IMG/VR virus record: IMGVR_UViG_3300027734_000066
Coordinates: 1 to 63,726 of that record
DNA: 63,726 bases
Source of the DNA: a virus
Taxonomy: Duplodnaviria > Caudoviricetes
Reading direction: 5' to 3' (one strand)
This document shows, one piece after another, positions 17,163 through 25,548 of the stretch; position 1 is the stretch's first letter, and each line of letters begins with the position of its first letter. The notes beneath the pieces are model-generated. The model ran no database searches, was not told where the DNA came from, and saw nothing but the letters and a program-made list of their open reading frames with translations. The translations under genes were made by a program, and so were the position numbers.

Positions 17163-19574
17163 TTACTCCTTCTTCCCTTGGGGTTTCGGTGTGGCTAACA
17201 CCTTGAGTGCATCAAGTTTTAGACGTTGCTGAGCTTGGGATTCTTGTGCCTTGACACGATTGGCCTCCTTGTCGGCCTCGATCTTGACGCGCTCTTTCTC
17301 CATAACGAGTTTTGCTGCGGCAATCTCTGCGTCGGTCTGGTCTTTCTGGGCCTTGCGGGTGACCTCCATCTCCTGCACCTTGACCTTGGCCTGCTCCAAC
17401 TGGAACAGGGGGTCTGCGGCTTGCTGCTGGGCTTGTGTCTGCGCGGCTTGCTGCTGGTGCTGCTGGGCCAACTGCTTGCCACCATCGGCAATGAGCTTGG
17501 ACAACTGAACTTCCACGTCTTCTGGCAACTGCTCGTCTGGCGGTGGCAAGGTGACACCGAGGCGTTCCTCCATCTGTTTGCGGTAGCTGAAACCCAAGTG
17601 CTCGGCAATGTGTGCCTGCAACGAAGCCATGATCTGCTGGGCTTGTGGGTTCTGGCCAATGGTCTGCGCAATCATCGGGTCTTGCATAAACGACGTGTGG
17701 GTCGCAATGTGTGCCTCGTGATCTTGGTAGATAAACGCTTTCATCGGTTTGCCCACCAACGCTGACATGTTCTCAGACACTGGGTCACGTGGCTTCTGAT
17801 CCTCGCTCGTTGGCACAATCTTGTCGGCGTTCTTGATGCCCAGCACCTCAATCATCTGACGGTGTAGATATGGCAAGTCATAAATCTGCGGGGCAGACTG
17901 AGACATCTGAAACACAGCCTGATACTGCACCACGCGCTGAGCCATCGTGCTGCTGTTGGGGTCGCTGACAGGGATGACATCCACCATTGCGTAGTCAGAC
18001 TTGCGGGCCTTGGCCAGACCCGTCTCAGGCTGGTAGCCGTATTCCTCGGGTGCTTCTTCTGCAATGATCTTCTTTAAGAGCTTGAACTCTTGCTTCATCG
18101 CATAGTGCACACGGGCTTGCACAGCCGCCATGGGCTTGAGGGTGCGCTCCAGCAATGCCAGCGTGGTGCCCACAGGTGCGTTTGCGCTCATGTCCGACAC
18201 GTTCATGTCGCTGATTGCGCCAAGGCGACGGCCTTCTTCAGTAATCCGTTGGAGGAGGGCCAGAAGTGTTTGCGATGGCTCCTTGTACGGGAGCATCATG
18301 ATGTTGTCTTTGATCGAGCCGCTGGGCACGTCCACGTCGCGGAACTCACCGGGGTTGATCGGTGTGTCGTCACCCTTGACACGCAGGCCACGGGCCTTCA
18401 GACCACCCGGCAGGTTTGACAATGTGCCAGCATCAACAAGTTGACGAATGATTGAGGTGCCTGCGCGGGCGTAGCCGCCAATGATGTGGATGAGTCCCAG
18501 ACCATAGAAGCCAAAGCCGGGCACATATACATAGTGCACGAAGTGGTCATCCTTCAAACGCAGCGGGTCTTCTTCTTCCCAGTTGCGACGCACAGAAAGA
18601 ACTTCTCCTGTGCCACGGTCAATAGTCACCACGTAGGGCTTGGGTAAGTCATCTTCCTCGTCATCTACGCCGTCAATCAGCATGTCAACGCTGATCTCCA
18701 ACAGTGTGTATCGCTCGTCATTCTGGATTGTGTAGCCGCCTTCTTCAGCCTTTTTCTTTTCCACGTCTGTGGGGAACGACTGGGGGTCACCAAGGTCAAC
18801 CTCACGGTAGAACCCGCTGGCCATCAGCTTGTCCATCTCGTTCTTGGTTTTGCGCATCACGTGGGTGACACGCTCGGCCTGCTCAATGTGTGACGCACCG
18901 TAGGGCACTACAACATCTTCTGCTGGGAGGTAGATAGAGACTTGACGGCCAAGCAGCGGGTCAAAGTACACCTTCTTAAACGCGCTACCTGCCAGACCCA
19001 AGCTGTACAGCATGCGCTCATGCTCAGGCCGGTACTCGATCATGCGCTCTGTCAACTGATAGTTCATGTCGTTCTTGACGCGCTCAGCGGCTTCTTCCTT
19101 CTCCTTTGTGGTCTTGCCAAGAATCTTTGTCTTGACAGGGCCAGCGGCAGGGAATGTCTCGCTCATGGTCTCAGCTTGGAACCGGATTGCCGCCTCGGCC
19201 AACACTGTGGAATACACGCCACAGGCGTCGTCCCACGGCTCGGTGCGCTCCTCATACTTGAAGCCCAGCACCTCCAGACCCTTGACGAATGTGTCGGCCC
19301 AGTCTTTGCGGGCCACCATGTCGGCCTCAAACAACTCAATCAGGTCACTGGACAGGGTGTGCAGCACGCCCTCATCAACGTGTTCTGCAAGGTTGCACTC
19401 AAAGTCAGTCTCGTCCTTCTCATCCGTGGCCTCGCCCATGATGATCTCAGCGCCGCCGTCGGGCAACATGTTGACCGTGGACTCCTCGTCCATCGTGACC
19501 TCAATACTGTCACCCAAGCTCTCCAGCCCTTGTGGCGCGGAGTACAAGCTCTTGCCCATCGAATCTGTTGCCAT
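17163..19574 (-). CDS. Portal protein (P22-like, with C-terminal barrel)
   Basis: 803 aa after TerL; GSAFKKVYFD, PGFGFYGLGLIH, Gln-rich coiled C-terminus. Confidence 0.85.
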   Translation of the reverse strand: MATDSMGKSLYSAPQGLESLGDSIEVTMDEESTVNMLPDGGAEIIMGEATDEKDETDFECNLAEHVDEGVLHTLSSDLIELFEADMVARKDWADTFVKGLEVLGFKYEERTEPWDDACGVYSTVLAEAAIRFQAETMSETFPAAGPVKTKILGKTTKEKEEAAERVKNDMNYQLTERMIEYRPEHERMLYSLGLAGSAFKKVYFDPLLGRQVSIYLPAEDVVVPYGASHIEQAERVTHVMRKTKNEMDKLMASGFYREVDLGDPQSFPTDVEKKKAEEGGYTIQNDERYTLLEISVDMLIDGVDDEEDDLPKPYVVTIDRGTGEVLSVRRNWEEEDPLRLKDDHFVHYVYVPGFGFYGLGLIHIIGGYARAGTSIIRQLVDAGTLSNLPGGLKARGLRVKGDDTPINPGEFRDVDVPSGSIKDNIMMLPYKEPSQTLLALLQRITEEGRRLGAISDMNVSDMSANAPVGTTLALLERTLKPMAAVQARVHYAMKQEFKLLKKIIAEEAPEEYGYQPETGLAKARKSDYAMVDVIPVSDPNSSTMAQRVVQYQAVFQMSQSAPQIYDLPYLHRQMIEVLGIKNADKIVPTSEDQKPRDPVSENMSALVGKPMKAFIYQDHEAHIATHTSFMQDPMIAQTIGQNPQAQQIMASLQAHIAEHLGFSYRKQMEERLGVTLPPPDEQLPEDVEVQLSKLIADGGKQLAQQHQQQAAQTQAQQQAADPLFQLEQAKVKVQEMEVTRKAQKDQTDAEIAAAKLVMEKERVKIEADKEANRVKAQESQAQQRLKLDALKVLATPKPQGKKE

Positions 19575-19583
19575 GATCTATCC

Positions 19584-21146
19584 TTAGTAGTACCCGCCCT
19601 TGCGGGATTTGAAATATCGAATCTCATCCGGCTCATCAGAAGGCAATCGGATGAAGCCCCCTTGGCGAAACCGCATCAGTGCCATTACTGTCGAGTCCAC
19701 CAAGTCATCGTTACTCATGAATGGAAAACCTGCAATCTCCTCCACGACCTCTTCGGCCCAGCGAGTGTCAGGCACCCAACACAGACCAGAGCGCACGATG
19801 TCTGCCACAGAGTTTAACCGTGCCAGCTTATCTCCGCTACCTCTGTGTGGGGTGAACTCCCCTACAGGAATGCCGGTGCGCCGCATCTCTTGGTAGAGCT
19901 GCGTGCCTGCGGATTTCTTCTCCACGATGAACGCATCTGGCTCCCACTCTTTGTACTCAGAATACGCGAGTTCTTTTAACTCTGGGAACTCCAGACGCTT
20001 CTTGATTGAGTTCAGCAGGATGATGTTGTGGCACCCCTCCTCGTCGTTCATGAACACGCCCCAAGTTGTCAGGGCGGTAAAGTCAGCGCGGTTGTGGCTC
20101 TCAGCCGCCGCGTCCAAACTCATGATCACGTACTCACACACCGGTGGGTCTTCTTTCTCCCAGAGCTTCCACCAGTCGCGCTTGACAACTGACGCTTCTT
20201 CTGCGGTGGGATTTTGCTGGTACTGCGCGTTCCATTGGAACGTAGGCATTGACGCCTTGGTGCGCAGCAGTGCTTTCATGTCAAAGAACTCTGGCCACAA
20301 CGGCTTTTGCACAATGCTGCCGTCTGTCTGCTCCGTGTCTACGATGGCTGGAAACTCAATCACCTCGTACTGATCAGAGCCCTCGTTGGCCCGCATGTCG
20401 TTGGTGACGCGCCCAGTCAGGTCGTTTTGGTGCCAGCGTGTTTGAACAATGGCAACCCGTCCGCCCGGCATAAGACGAGTACGAGCACCGTATGTGAACC
20501 ACTCGTATGCTTTATCAAACACGTCAAAGTTGCCGTTGATGATGTCTTGCTCGTTATGAGGATCGTCAACAAGAAGCAAATCAGCGCCACGACCAGCCAA
20601 AGCAGAACCGACACCACAAGCAAAATACTCTCCACCTGCGCCGGTGCTCCATCGACCCGCACTCTTGGAATCCGACGCAAGACCGACGTTGGGGAAGATA
20701 AGTTTGTAGGCATCTGAGTCAATGATGTTCCTGACCTTGCGGCCAAAGTCCACGGCAAGGTCTGTGGTGTGGGAGACCATCAGCACCTTCTTATTAGGGT
20801 ATTTCCCAAGAAACCAAGCTGGGAAATAAATAGACACCATTTGCGACTTGCCATGACGTGGTGGCATGTTCACGCACACACGGTCTTTGTTTCCCGCAGC
20901 AATGTCCATGAGCAAGTTGGCCAACCTGCGGTGGTGCTTGCCCACCTTGTAGTCTGGCTGCATGTGCTTGCAAAACTCAACCAGATCATCAAAACACGCC
21001 TTGGCCGTCTTGCGGCTGTCAATGGTGTCTGCAATCTTCTCAATTTCGGCCTGTTCCTCGGGGGAATAAGCGTCAATGTTGTCCAGCATCAGCCGGATTT
21101 CTTCCTCTGTAAAGTCGTCTGCACTGAGGGAAGTGCTCTCAGTCAT
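19584..21146 (-). CDS. terL: Terminase large subunit
   Basis: Walker A MPPRHGKS, Walker B LLLVDDP, QTRWH coupling motif, nuclease acidic residues SLDAA / VEKK / NDDLVDS. Confidence 0.95.
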   Translation of the reverse strand: MTESTSLSADDFTEEEIRLMLDNIDAYSPEEQAEIEKIADTIDSRKTAKACFDDLVEFCKHMQPDYKVGKHHRRLANLLMDIAAGNKDRVCVNMPPRHGKSQMVSIYFPAWFLGKYPNKKVLMVSHTTDLAVDFGRKVRNIIDSDAYKLIFPNVGLASDSKSAGRWSTGAGGEYFACGVGSALAGRGADLLLVDDPHNEQDIINGNFDVFDKAYEWFTYGARTRLMPGGRVAIVQTRWHQNDLTGRVTNDMRANEGSDQYEVIEFPAIVDTEQTDGSIVQKPLWPEFFDMKALLRTKASMPTFQWNAQYQQNPTAEEASVVKRDWWKLWEKEDPPVCEYVIMSLDAAAESHNRADFTALTTWGVFMNDEEGCHNIILLNSIKKRLEFPELKELAYSEYKEWEPDAFIVEKKSAGTQLYQEMRRTGIPVGEFTPHRGSGDKLARLNSVADIVRSGLCWVPDTRWAEEVVEEIAGFPFMSNDDLVDSTVMALMRFRQGGFIRLPSDEPDEIRYFKSRKGGYY

Positions 21147-21807
21147 CAAAACTCTCGATTTCCGACTCAAATACAGCCGGTTTTTGCACGTTTTCTGCAA
21201 TTTCTTGTGAAATTTCGGGTTTGAGGCCCATTTCTGCATCCACGTCGATGACATCCCCACCAATTTCAACCGCATCGGTGGGCAGATCGGGTCTGTGAAT
21301 CAATCTTTGGAGCTTGGCACGCAGTCGGGCCTTCAATTCGTCCGTTGACTGGTGCGTGATTGTCACTTCTGACCTGTCTGTGAACAGCCCCACGTCCGAA
21401 TGCTTGCCCAAAAGCTCCAGTGCACGGATTCTGATGCGCGGGTCGGGGTTCTGGGACTCTTCCAGCAACCGGTTTGTCACCATGTGACGCACCTCAATGG
21501 CATGTGTGACCACAGCCCTGCCATATTCGTCCAAATACGACCGAATGTTCAGAAGGGAAGCAGGCGTCAGTGATGACGCACGTGCATGTGATACTGCGTT
21601 GCTGGTGTTGTGGGGGCTGTTGGCGTACGCCGTGGTGATTGCAGCCGCAGCTTGTGCATCTTCCTCGTTGGGTTCTTGCACCTCCAGTCCATGTTCCTCT
21701 AATAGAAGGATGGAACGGCAGGCGGCCTCAGCCCTTTCTCGCAAGTCGAGGTATGGAATGTCTGGGATGATCTCCACCCCGAATTCTGGCATGAGTTCAA
21801 TTGTCAT
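21139..21807 (-). CDS. Terminase small subunit (putative); start uncertain (21807 or 21858)
   Basis: Directly upstream of TerL; RIRALELLGKHSDVGLF helix motif. Confidence 0.65.
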   Translation of the reverse strand: MTIELMPEFGVEIIPDIPYLDLRERAEAACRSILLLEEHGLEVQEPNEEDAQAAAAITTAYANSPHNTSNAVSHARASSLTPASLLNIRSYLDEYGRAVVTHAIEVRHMVTNRLLEESQNPDPRIRIRALELLGKHSDVGLFTDRSEVTITHQSTDELKARLRAKLQRLIHRPDLPTDAVEIGGDVIDVDAEMGLKPEISQEIAENVQKPAVFESEIESFDD

Positions 21808-21944
21808 TGTGCGCAAGTCCGTGTAGACCGATGGTGTTGGTGTGGGTTTGGTTTTCATGGGTTTACCATTCTCCCGAACGGCGCAGACATAGCCCTGCAC
21901 CCGGCGTGTACCTTTGTCTATCGTCCTTGTACACCAACGCGCAC

Positions 21945-21974
21945 AGTGTAGTGTATTTTTTCAAAGGATGTCAA
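21945..21974 (-). promoter_or_regulatory. Leftward sigma70-like promoter for packaging/structural arm
   Basis: TTGACA-N18-TACACT on minus strand. Confidence 0.55.
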
Positions 21975-21981
21975 ACTTCCC

Positions 21982-22231
21982 TATGGGGGGTGTTCTACAT
22001 AAACGCAGAGTTAACGCTACGTAGGTATCCTAAAAGATGTTATGGGGGGTAGTCCTATGTAACCCGCCAAGACGTACCGGTGTGTTATGTATAAACAAGA
22101 TATAGTTTAATCTCTATATAGGGTTAGGGAAAATTTTTATGGGGTATAGGCACTTTTTGAAGGTGGGGGGTATTTGCGCGGAATAGTATACCTACGCAGC
22201 CACAGGGACTCCTAACCACACAGTGGGGGGT
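21982..22231 (+). repeat. Phased TGGGGGGT repeats
   Basis: Copies at 21984, 22043, 22164, 22224 (spacing 59, 121, 60). Confidence 0.6.
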
Positions 22232-22278
22232 GGCGTACGGGTGGGTCAGTCATAGGGCCAAATCCGATTCGGTGTGAT

Positions 22279-22295
22279 GTTATACGCGGTATAAC
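22279..22295. promoter_or_regulatory. 17-bp palindrome, copy 1
   Basis: GTTATAC-GCG-GTATAAC. Confidence 0.75.
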
Positions 22296-22328
22296 AACTA
22301 TCGGATTCTATCTAATCGTGCCTATTCC

Positions 22329-22357
22329 TTGACAATCACACTATACGCTGTTACAGT
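22329..22357 (+). promoter_or_regulatory. Early sigma70 promoter
   Basis: TTGACA-N17-TACAGT with extended -10 TG. Confidence 0.75.
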
Positions 22358-22418
22358 TCAGTCATCGGTTCAGACAACGCTTTGATTGTCTGCCGATTAA
22401 CCCTTGAAAGGGGATTGT

Positions 22419-22922
22419 ATGTCTACATTGAAATTGTCTGCTGAGACCATCAGCACTGTGGTGGAAACTCTGAAGGCTGACACGGCTGTGCAGAAACGCT
22501 GGTTGAAAGCGGCTGACGCTATGCGTGCTGAAGGTGTGACGTCTGAGACGTTGGACAACGACAAGGAATATCGAGACGCATTCAAGCGTGACGTTATCCT
22601 GCTGTCCTTCACCAAGACGGAGCAGGCCATCATGGCCAAGCCTACAACCTCACTTAGTGAGGAGGAGAAGGTCACCAAGCGTTGGATTATTCAGCAGACT
22701 GGTGCCAAACTGGTGAAGGTCACCAGTCACGTTCGCAAGGCTGAGCAGGAGGAAATGCTCACGGATGACGAACGTGGTGCAAAGAAGGTCAGCGACATGG
22801 CCACACGGCTGAAGCGTGATCTGACGGCATGGATTGACAAGGTGGAGAAGGCTGAAGCGGTGACGTTCTCAGCCACTGAGATGGTGAAATATCTGAAGTC
22901 TGCTTCAGCACTGATCAAGTAA
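22419..22922 (+). CDS. Monocistronic early protein, unknown function
   Basis: Own promoter, AAGGGGA RBS before ATG 22419, own terminator; helical 167 aa. Confidence 0.8.
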   Translation: MSTLKLSAETISTVVETLKADTAVQKRWLKAADAMRAEGVTSETLDNDKEYRDAFKRDVILLSFTKTEQAIMAKPTTSLSEEEKVTKRWIIQQTGAKLVKVTSHVRKAEQEEMLTDDERGAKKVSDMATRLKRDLTAWIDKVEKAEAVTFSATEMVKYLKSASALIK

Positions 22923-22934
22923 TTGATCAACCCC

Positions 22935-22968
22935 AAACCCCTGATCGAAAGGTCAGGGGTTTTTTTTT
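22935..22968 (+). terminator. Rho-independent terminator
   Basis: AAACCCCTGATC-GAAA-GGTCAGGGGTTT followed by T run. Confidence 0.9.
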
Positions 22969-22985
22969 CGTCTAAATTTTTTCGA

Positions 22986-23037
22986 TGTTATCCGCCGTAT
23001 AACAACTGATACCAGTTCCTGAAGCGGCGACGAGCAC
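22986..23037 (+). repeat. 52-bp direct repeat copy A (contains palindrome copy 2)
   Basis: 45/52 identical to 23151-23202. Confidence 0.85.
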
Positions 23038-23150
23038 GATAGCCAGCGGCACGCCACGCGCCCGATCCGTGAGCCTGAAGCTCATGACCACACACAAACA
23101 ACTCACCACGTGATACCCCACGCACCCGAATCGCTTGATTTTTTCCACCG

Positions 23151-23202
23151 TGTTATCTGCCGTATAACACCCGAAACCAGTTCCTAAAGCGGCGGCGAGT
23201 AC
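23151..23202 (+). repeat. 52-bp direct repeat copy B (contains palindrome copy 3)
   Basis: 45/52 identical to 22986-23037. Confidence 0.85.
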
Positions 23203-23204
23203 CA

Positions 23205-23690
23205 ACTGTTCGTTTTTGGCTTTGTTCTATTGTTCGTTTTTAGATGTTGTTCTACTGTTCGTTTTAATTAGTTTTACATTGTTCGATTCACTCAAATGGC
23301 TAACATGTTTTTTGTAACGGCTAATGTTCGTTTTTACCCCCTAATGTTCCGCAATGTTCCTGCAATGTTCGTTTTCGTAAGAACATTATAAAACTGCATT
23401 GGATGTCAATTGATGCACTGATATGAGAGACAGAATAAAATATCTTGTTTATTAGATAATAAGATAATAGATAGATAGATAGTTTGTTTGTAATGTTCTT
23501 TTTTAGGAAAAGAGTCCGAAGGTATAAATTGTCCAGCCAGCTTTTTTGCCCAAGAATTTAAAAAGTTGCGACGTGTTCCAAAAAGGTCGGGGTATGTTTA
23601 AAAACACGGTACTTCCAGAACATCGTGGTACATCAAGGACTTGCATAGCTACATTACAAGAACATTTACCTTTCTAAAGAACACTTCACA
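23205..23690. repeat. TGTTC/GAACA iteron-like cluster around an AT-rich core; candidate replication origin
   Basis: At least ten TGTTC in 23207-23370, inverted GAACA copies at ~23381 and 23618-23683, AT-rich (AGAT)n tract 23450-23485, no ORF. Confidence 0.55.
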
Positions 23691-23726
23691 ATACCTAATA
23701 ACACACCACAATCAAGCACCAAACAC

Positions 23727-23755
23727 TTGACTTAGACAGTTCATTATGTTATACT
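23727..23755 (+). promoter_or_regulatory. Early sigma70 promoter
   Basis: TTGACT-N17-TATACT with extended TG; shares AAACACTTGACTTAGA with the 24482 promoter. Confidence 0.8.
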
Positions 23756-23805
23756 ATAGTCTGTTGGTTGATAAAGTGTTCTGAGGGTTCAAAACCACCA
23801 ACAAT

Positions 23806-23822
23806 GTTATACGCCGTATAAC
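23806..23822. promoter_or_regulatory. 17-bp palindrome, copy 4
   Basis: GTTATAC-GCC-GTATAAC just before the RBS of 23845. Confidence 0.8.
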
Positions 23823-23844
23823 AACTTATCAGGAGATACATCAC

Positions 23845-24087
23845 ATGGCAAAGCCCCGTCGTACCCCCGACCGTGAACACCACGCCCATCAACTTGTTTG
23901 CACCTCATGCTACGCACAGCGCGTGGCCCCGATGCGTTCTCGCCTCGGCTACACCACATGCCTCGATTGCGGTGAGACTGCCGCCAAAAAGGTCAAGCAC
24001 ACAGTTGCGCCCATGAACAAGTCAAACTACATGCTGTTCACCGATGCGACCCTGCTCAAACAACTTAACCCCAAGCGCACTACGTGA
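23845..24087 (+). CDS. C4 zinc-finger protein (TraR/DksA-type finger)
   Basis: CTSC...R..LGYTTCLDCG; AGGAG RBS. Confidence 0.65.
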   Translation: MAKPRRTPDREHHAHQLVCTSCYAQRVAPMRSRLGYTTCLDCGETAAKKVKHTVAPMNKSNYMLFTDATLLKQLNPKRTT

Positions 24088-24111
24088 CGCTAACAACCAA
24101 GGAGATAGAAG

Positions 24112-24288
24112 ATGAACGTATTTATTGACCTCAACAAAGTTTTCACAGAAGCCATGAAACACATGCAAGAACCGAACGACCTGCGCTGGTCTATTGGTAT
24201 GGCACTTCAAGAACTGTATGGGGATGAGTGGGTGTATGAACTTCAACGAGCTATGACTTACGAGTTTGAAAAGGGGCAGACCAAATGA
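24112..24288 (+). CDS. Small hypothetical protein, 58 aa (below ORF-track cutoff)
   Basis: AAGGAG RBS; MNVFIDLNKVFTEAM...; ATGA overlap with next ORF. Confidence 0.6.
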   Translation: MNVFIDLNKVFTEAMKHMQEPNDLRWSIGMALQELYGDEWVYELQRAMTYEFEKGQTK

Positions 24289-24461
24289 AACGACTCATCA
24301 CACTTCTCGCCCAAGCCGTTCTTGGTGCGGCGTTCGTTGCGTTTATTGCGTTCATGCTCATCGAGTGGGCATCGGGGTGCGGTGAACACTACGTGGACTC
24401 CAAGGGCGTGACGCACATCAACGAGTGCACATTCACAACACAAAAGAAAGGTACAAACTGA
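24285..24461 (+). CDS. Small membrane protein, possible lipoprotein, 58 aa
   Basis: MKRLITLLAQAVLGAAFVAFIAFMLIEWASGCGEHYVDSKG: basic N-terminus, hydrophobic stretch, ASGC. Confidence 0.6.
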   Translation: MKRLITLLAQAVLGAAFVAFIAFMLIEWASGCGEHYVDSKGVTHINECTFTTQKKGTN

Positions 24462-24481
24462 TATAAAACACCACAAAACAC

Positions 24482-24510
24482 TTGACTTAGATACTTTGAC
24501 GTGATACAAT
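24482..24510 (+). promoter_or_regulatory. Early sigma70 promoter
   Basis: TTGACT-N17-TACAAT with extended TG. Confidence 0.8.
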
Positions 24511-24558
24511 AGACCCATCGACTCGGAGATCGCCTTGTCGGTAAACAAACCAAACCAA

Positions 24559-24575
24559 GTTATACGCCGTATAAC
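24559..24575. promoter_or_regulatory. 17-bp palindrome, copy 5
   Basis: GTTATAC-GCC-GTATAAC before the RBS of 24593. Confidence 0.8.
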
Positions 24576-24592
24576 AAACAAAGGAAACGAAG

Positions 24593-25492
24593 ATGACAAA
24601 CTCAATGACGGGCACCACGGTGCCATCCATCTCAACAGCGGCAATGCTCGTTGAATTATCCATCGGCACATGGACTGGCCGCAAACTCGACAAACGTGCA
24701 TCGCAGGATGTCACGTCACAGAACAACGCCGACAAGGGCGTGGCCAACGTGCACAAGAAACTTCTCGGCGACTGCGCCGAATTGGATGCGGTGCAGAAGT
24801 TCACAGCCAATGCACGTAACGTGCACTACGCTTGCACCATGCCGTGGTCTGACACAGGTCTGCGCTTGTTGCCAACGACCCAGTATTTTAAATACCATGC
24901 AGAGATGACCTCACTGCAAAGTGAGTACCAACGGCTTGTGCAAGCGTTCTTGGATGCGTACTCATGGGAGATACAGAACAGCCAACTCAAACTGGGCGCA
25001 CTGTTCAACGCTGACGAGTACCCGACCGCTGACTCGCTGACCTCGAAGTTTCGGTTCAAGATGAATTACATGCCGCTCCCCGACTCAAACGACTGGCGCG
25101 TGTCCATCGGTGACGAGACCGAGCAAGCATTGCGTTCTCAGTACGAGGGTTACTACGCGACCCAACTCCAAGCGGCCATGGGTGACGTGTGGCGCAGAGC
25201 GCACGATGCGCTGACAAAGATGTCAGAGCGCCTCGATTACGCTGACGACATGACCCGCAAGGTGTTCAGAGATTCACTCGTGTCAAACGTGACGGACATC
25301 ATCGAGTTACTCGGTGCATGCAACGTGACAGGCGACCCCGTGATGATGGCGGCACAGCGCGACTTGGACGAAGCCATGCGTGGTATCACACCTGATGCCC
25401 TGCGTGAAGACCCCTACCTCCGCGCTGAGACTCGCCGCAAGGTCAACGAGGTTCGCAAGACCATCGACAACCTGCCAAGCCTCGGCTTCTAA
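24593..25492 (+). CDS. DUF3150-like protein of the MoxR/vWA module
   Basis: AMLVELSIGTWTGRKLDK...TMPWSDTGLRLLP...FRDSLV; precedes AAA and vWA genes. Confidence 0.65.
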   Translation: MTNSMTGTTVPSISTAAMLVELSIGTWTGRKLDKRASQDVTSQNNADKGVANVHKKLLGDCAELDAVQKFTANARNVHYACTMPWSDTGLRLLPTTQYFKYHAEMTSLQSEYQRLVQAFLDAYSWEIQNSQLKLGALFNADEYPTADSLTSKFRFKMNYMPLPDSNDWRVSIGDETEQALRSQYEGYYATQLQAAMGDVWRRAHDALTKMSERLDYADDMTRKVFRDSLVSNVTDIIELLGACNVTGDPVMMAAQRDLDEAMRGITPDALREDPYLRAETRRKVNEVRKTIDNLPSLGF

Positions 25493-25509
25493 GTTATACG
25501 CCGTATAAC
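25493..25509. promoter_or_regulatory. 17-bp palindrome, copy 6
   Basis: GTTATAC-GCC-GTATAAC directly after the stop codon. Confidence 0.8.
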
Positions 25510-25548
25510 AACTCAACCCCAACCTAAACCTCAACAGGAAAATTTATC

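Noticed and set aside
23760-23805. GGGTTCAAAACC resembling a tRNA T-arm
   Set aside because: No cloverleaf can be built; it lies within a leader hairpin
22279-25509. Palindromic repeats as a CRISPR or mini-array
   Set aside because: Spacing is irregular (165 to >900 bp) with whole genes between copies; no cas operon; the Cas4-like nuclease is a normal replication-module gene
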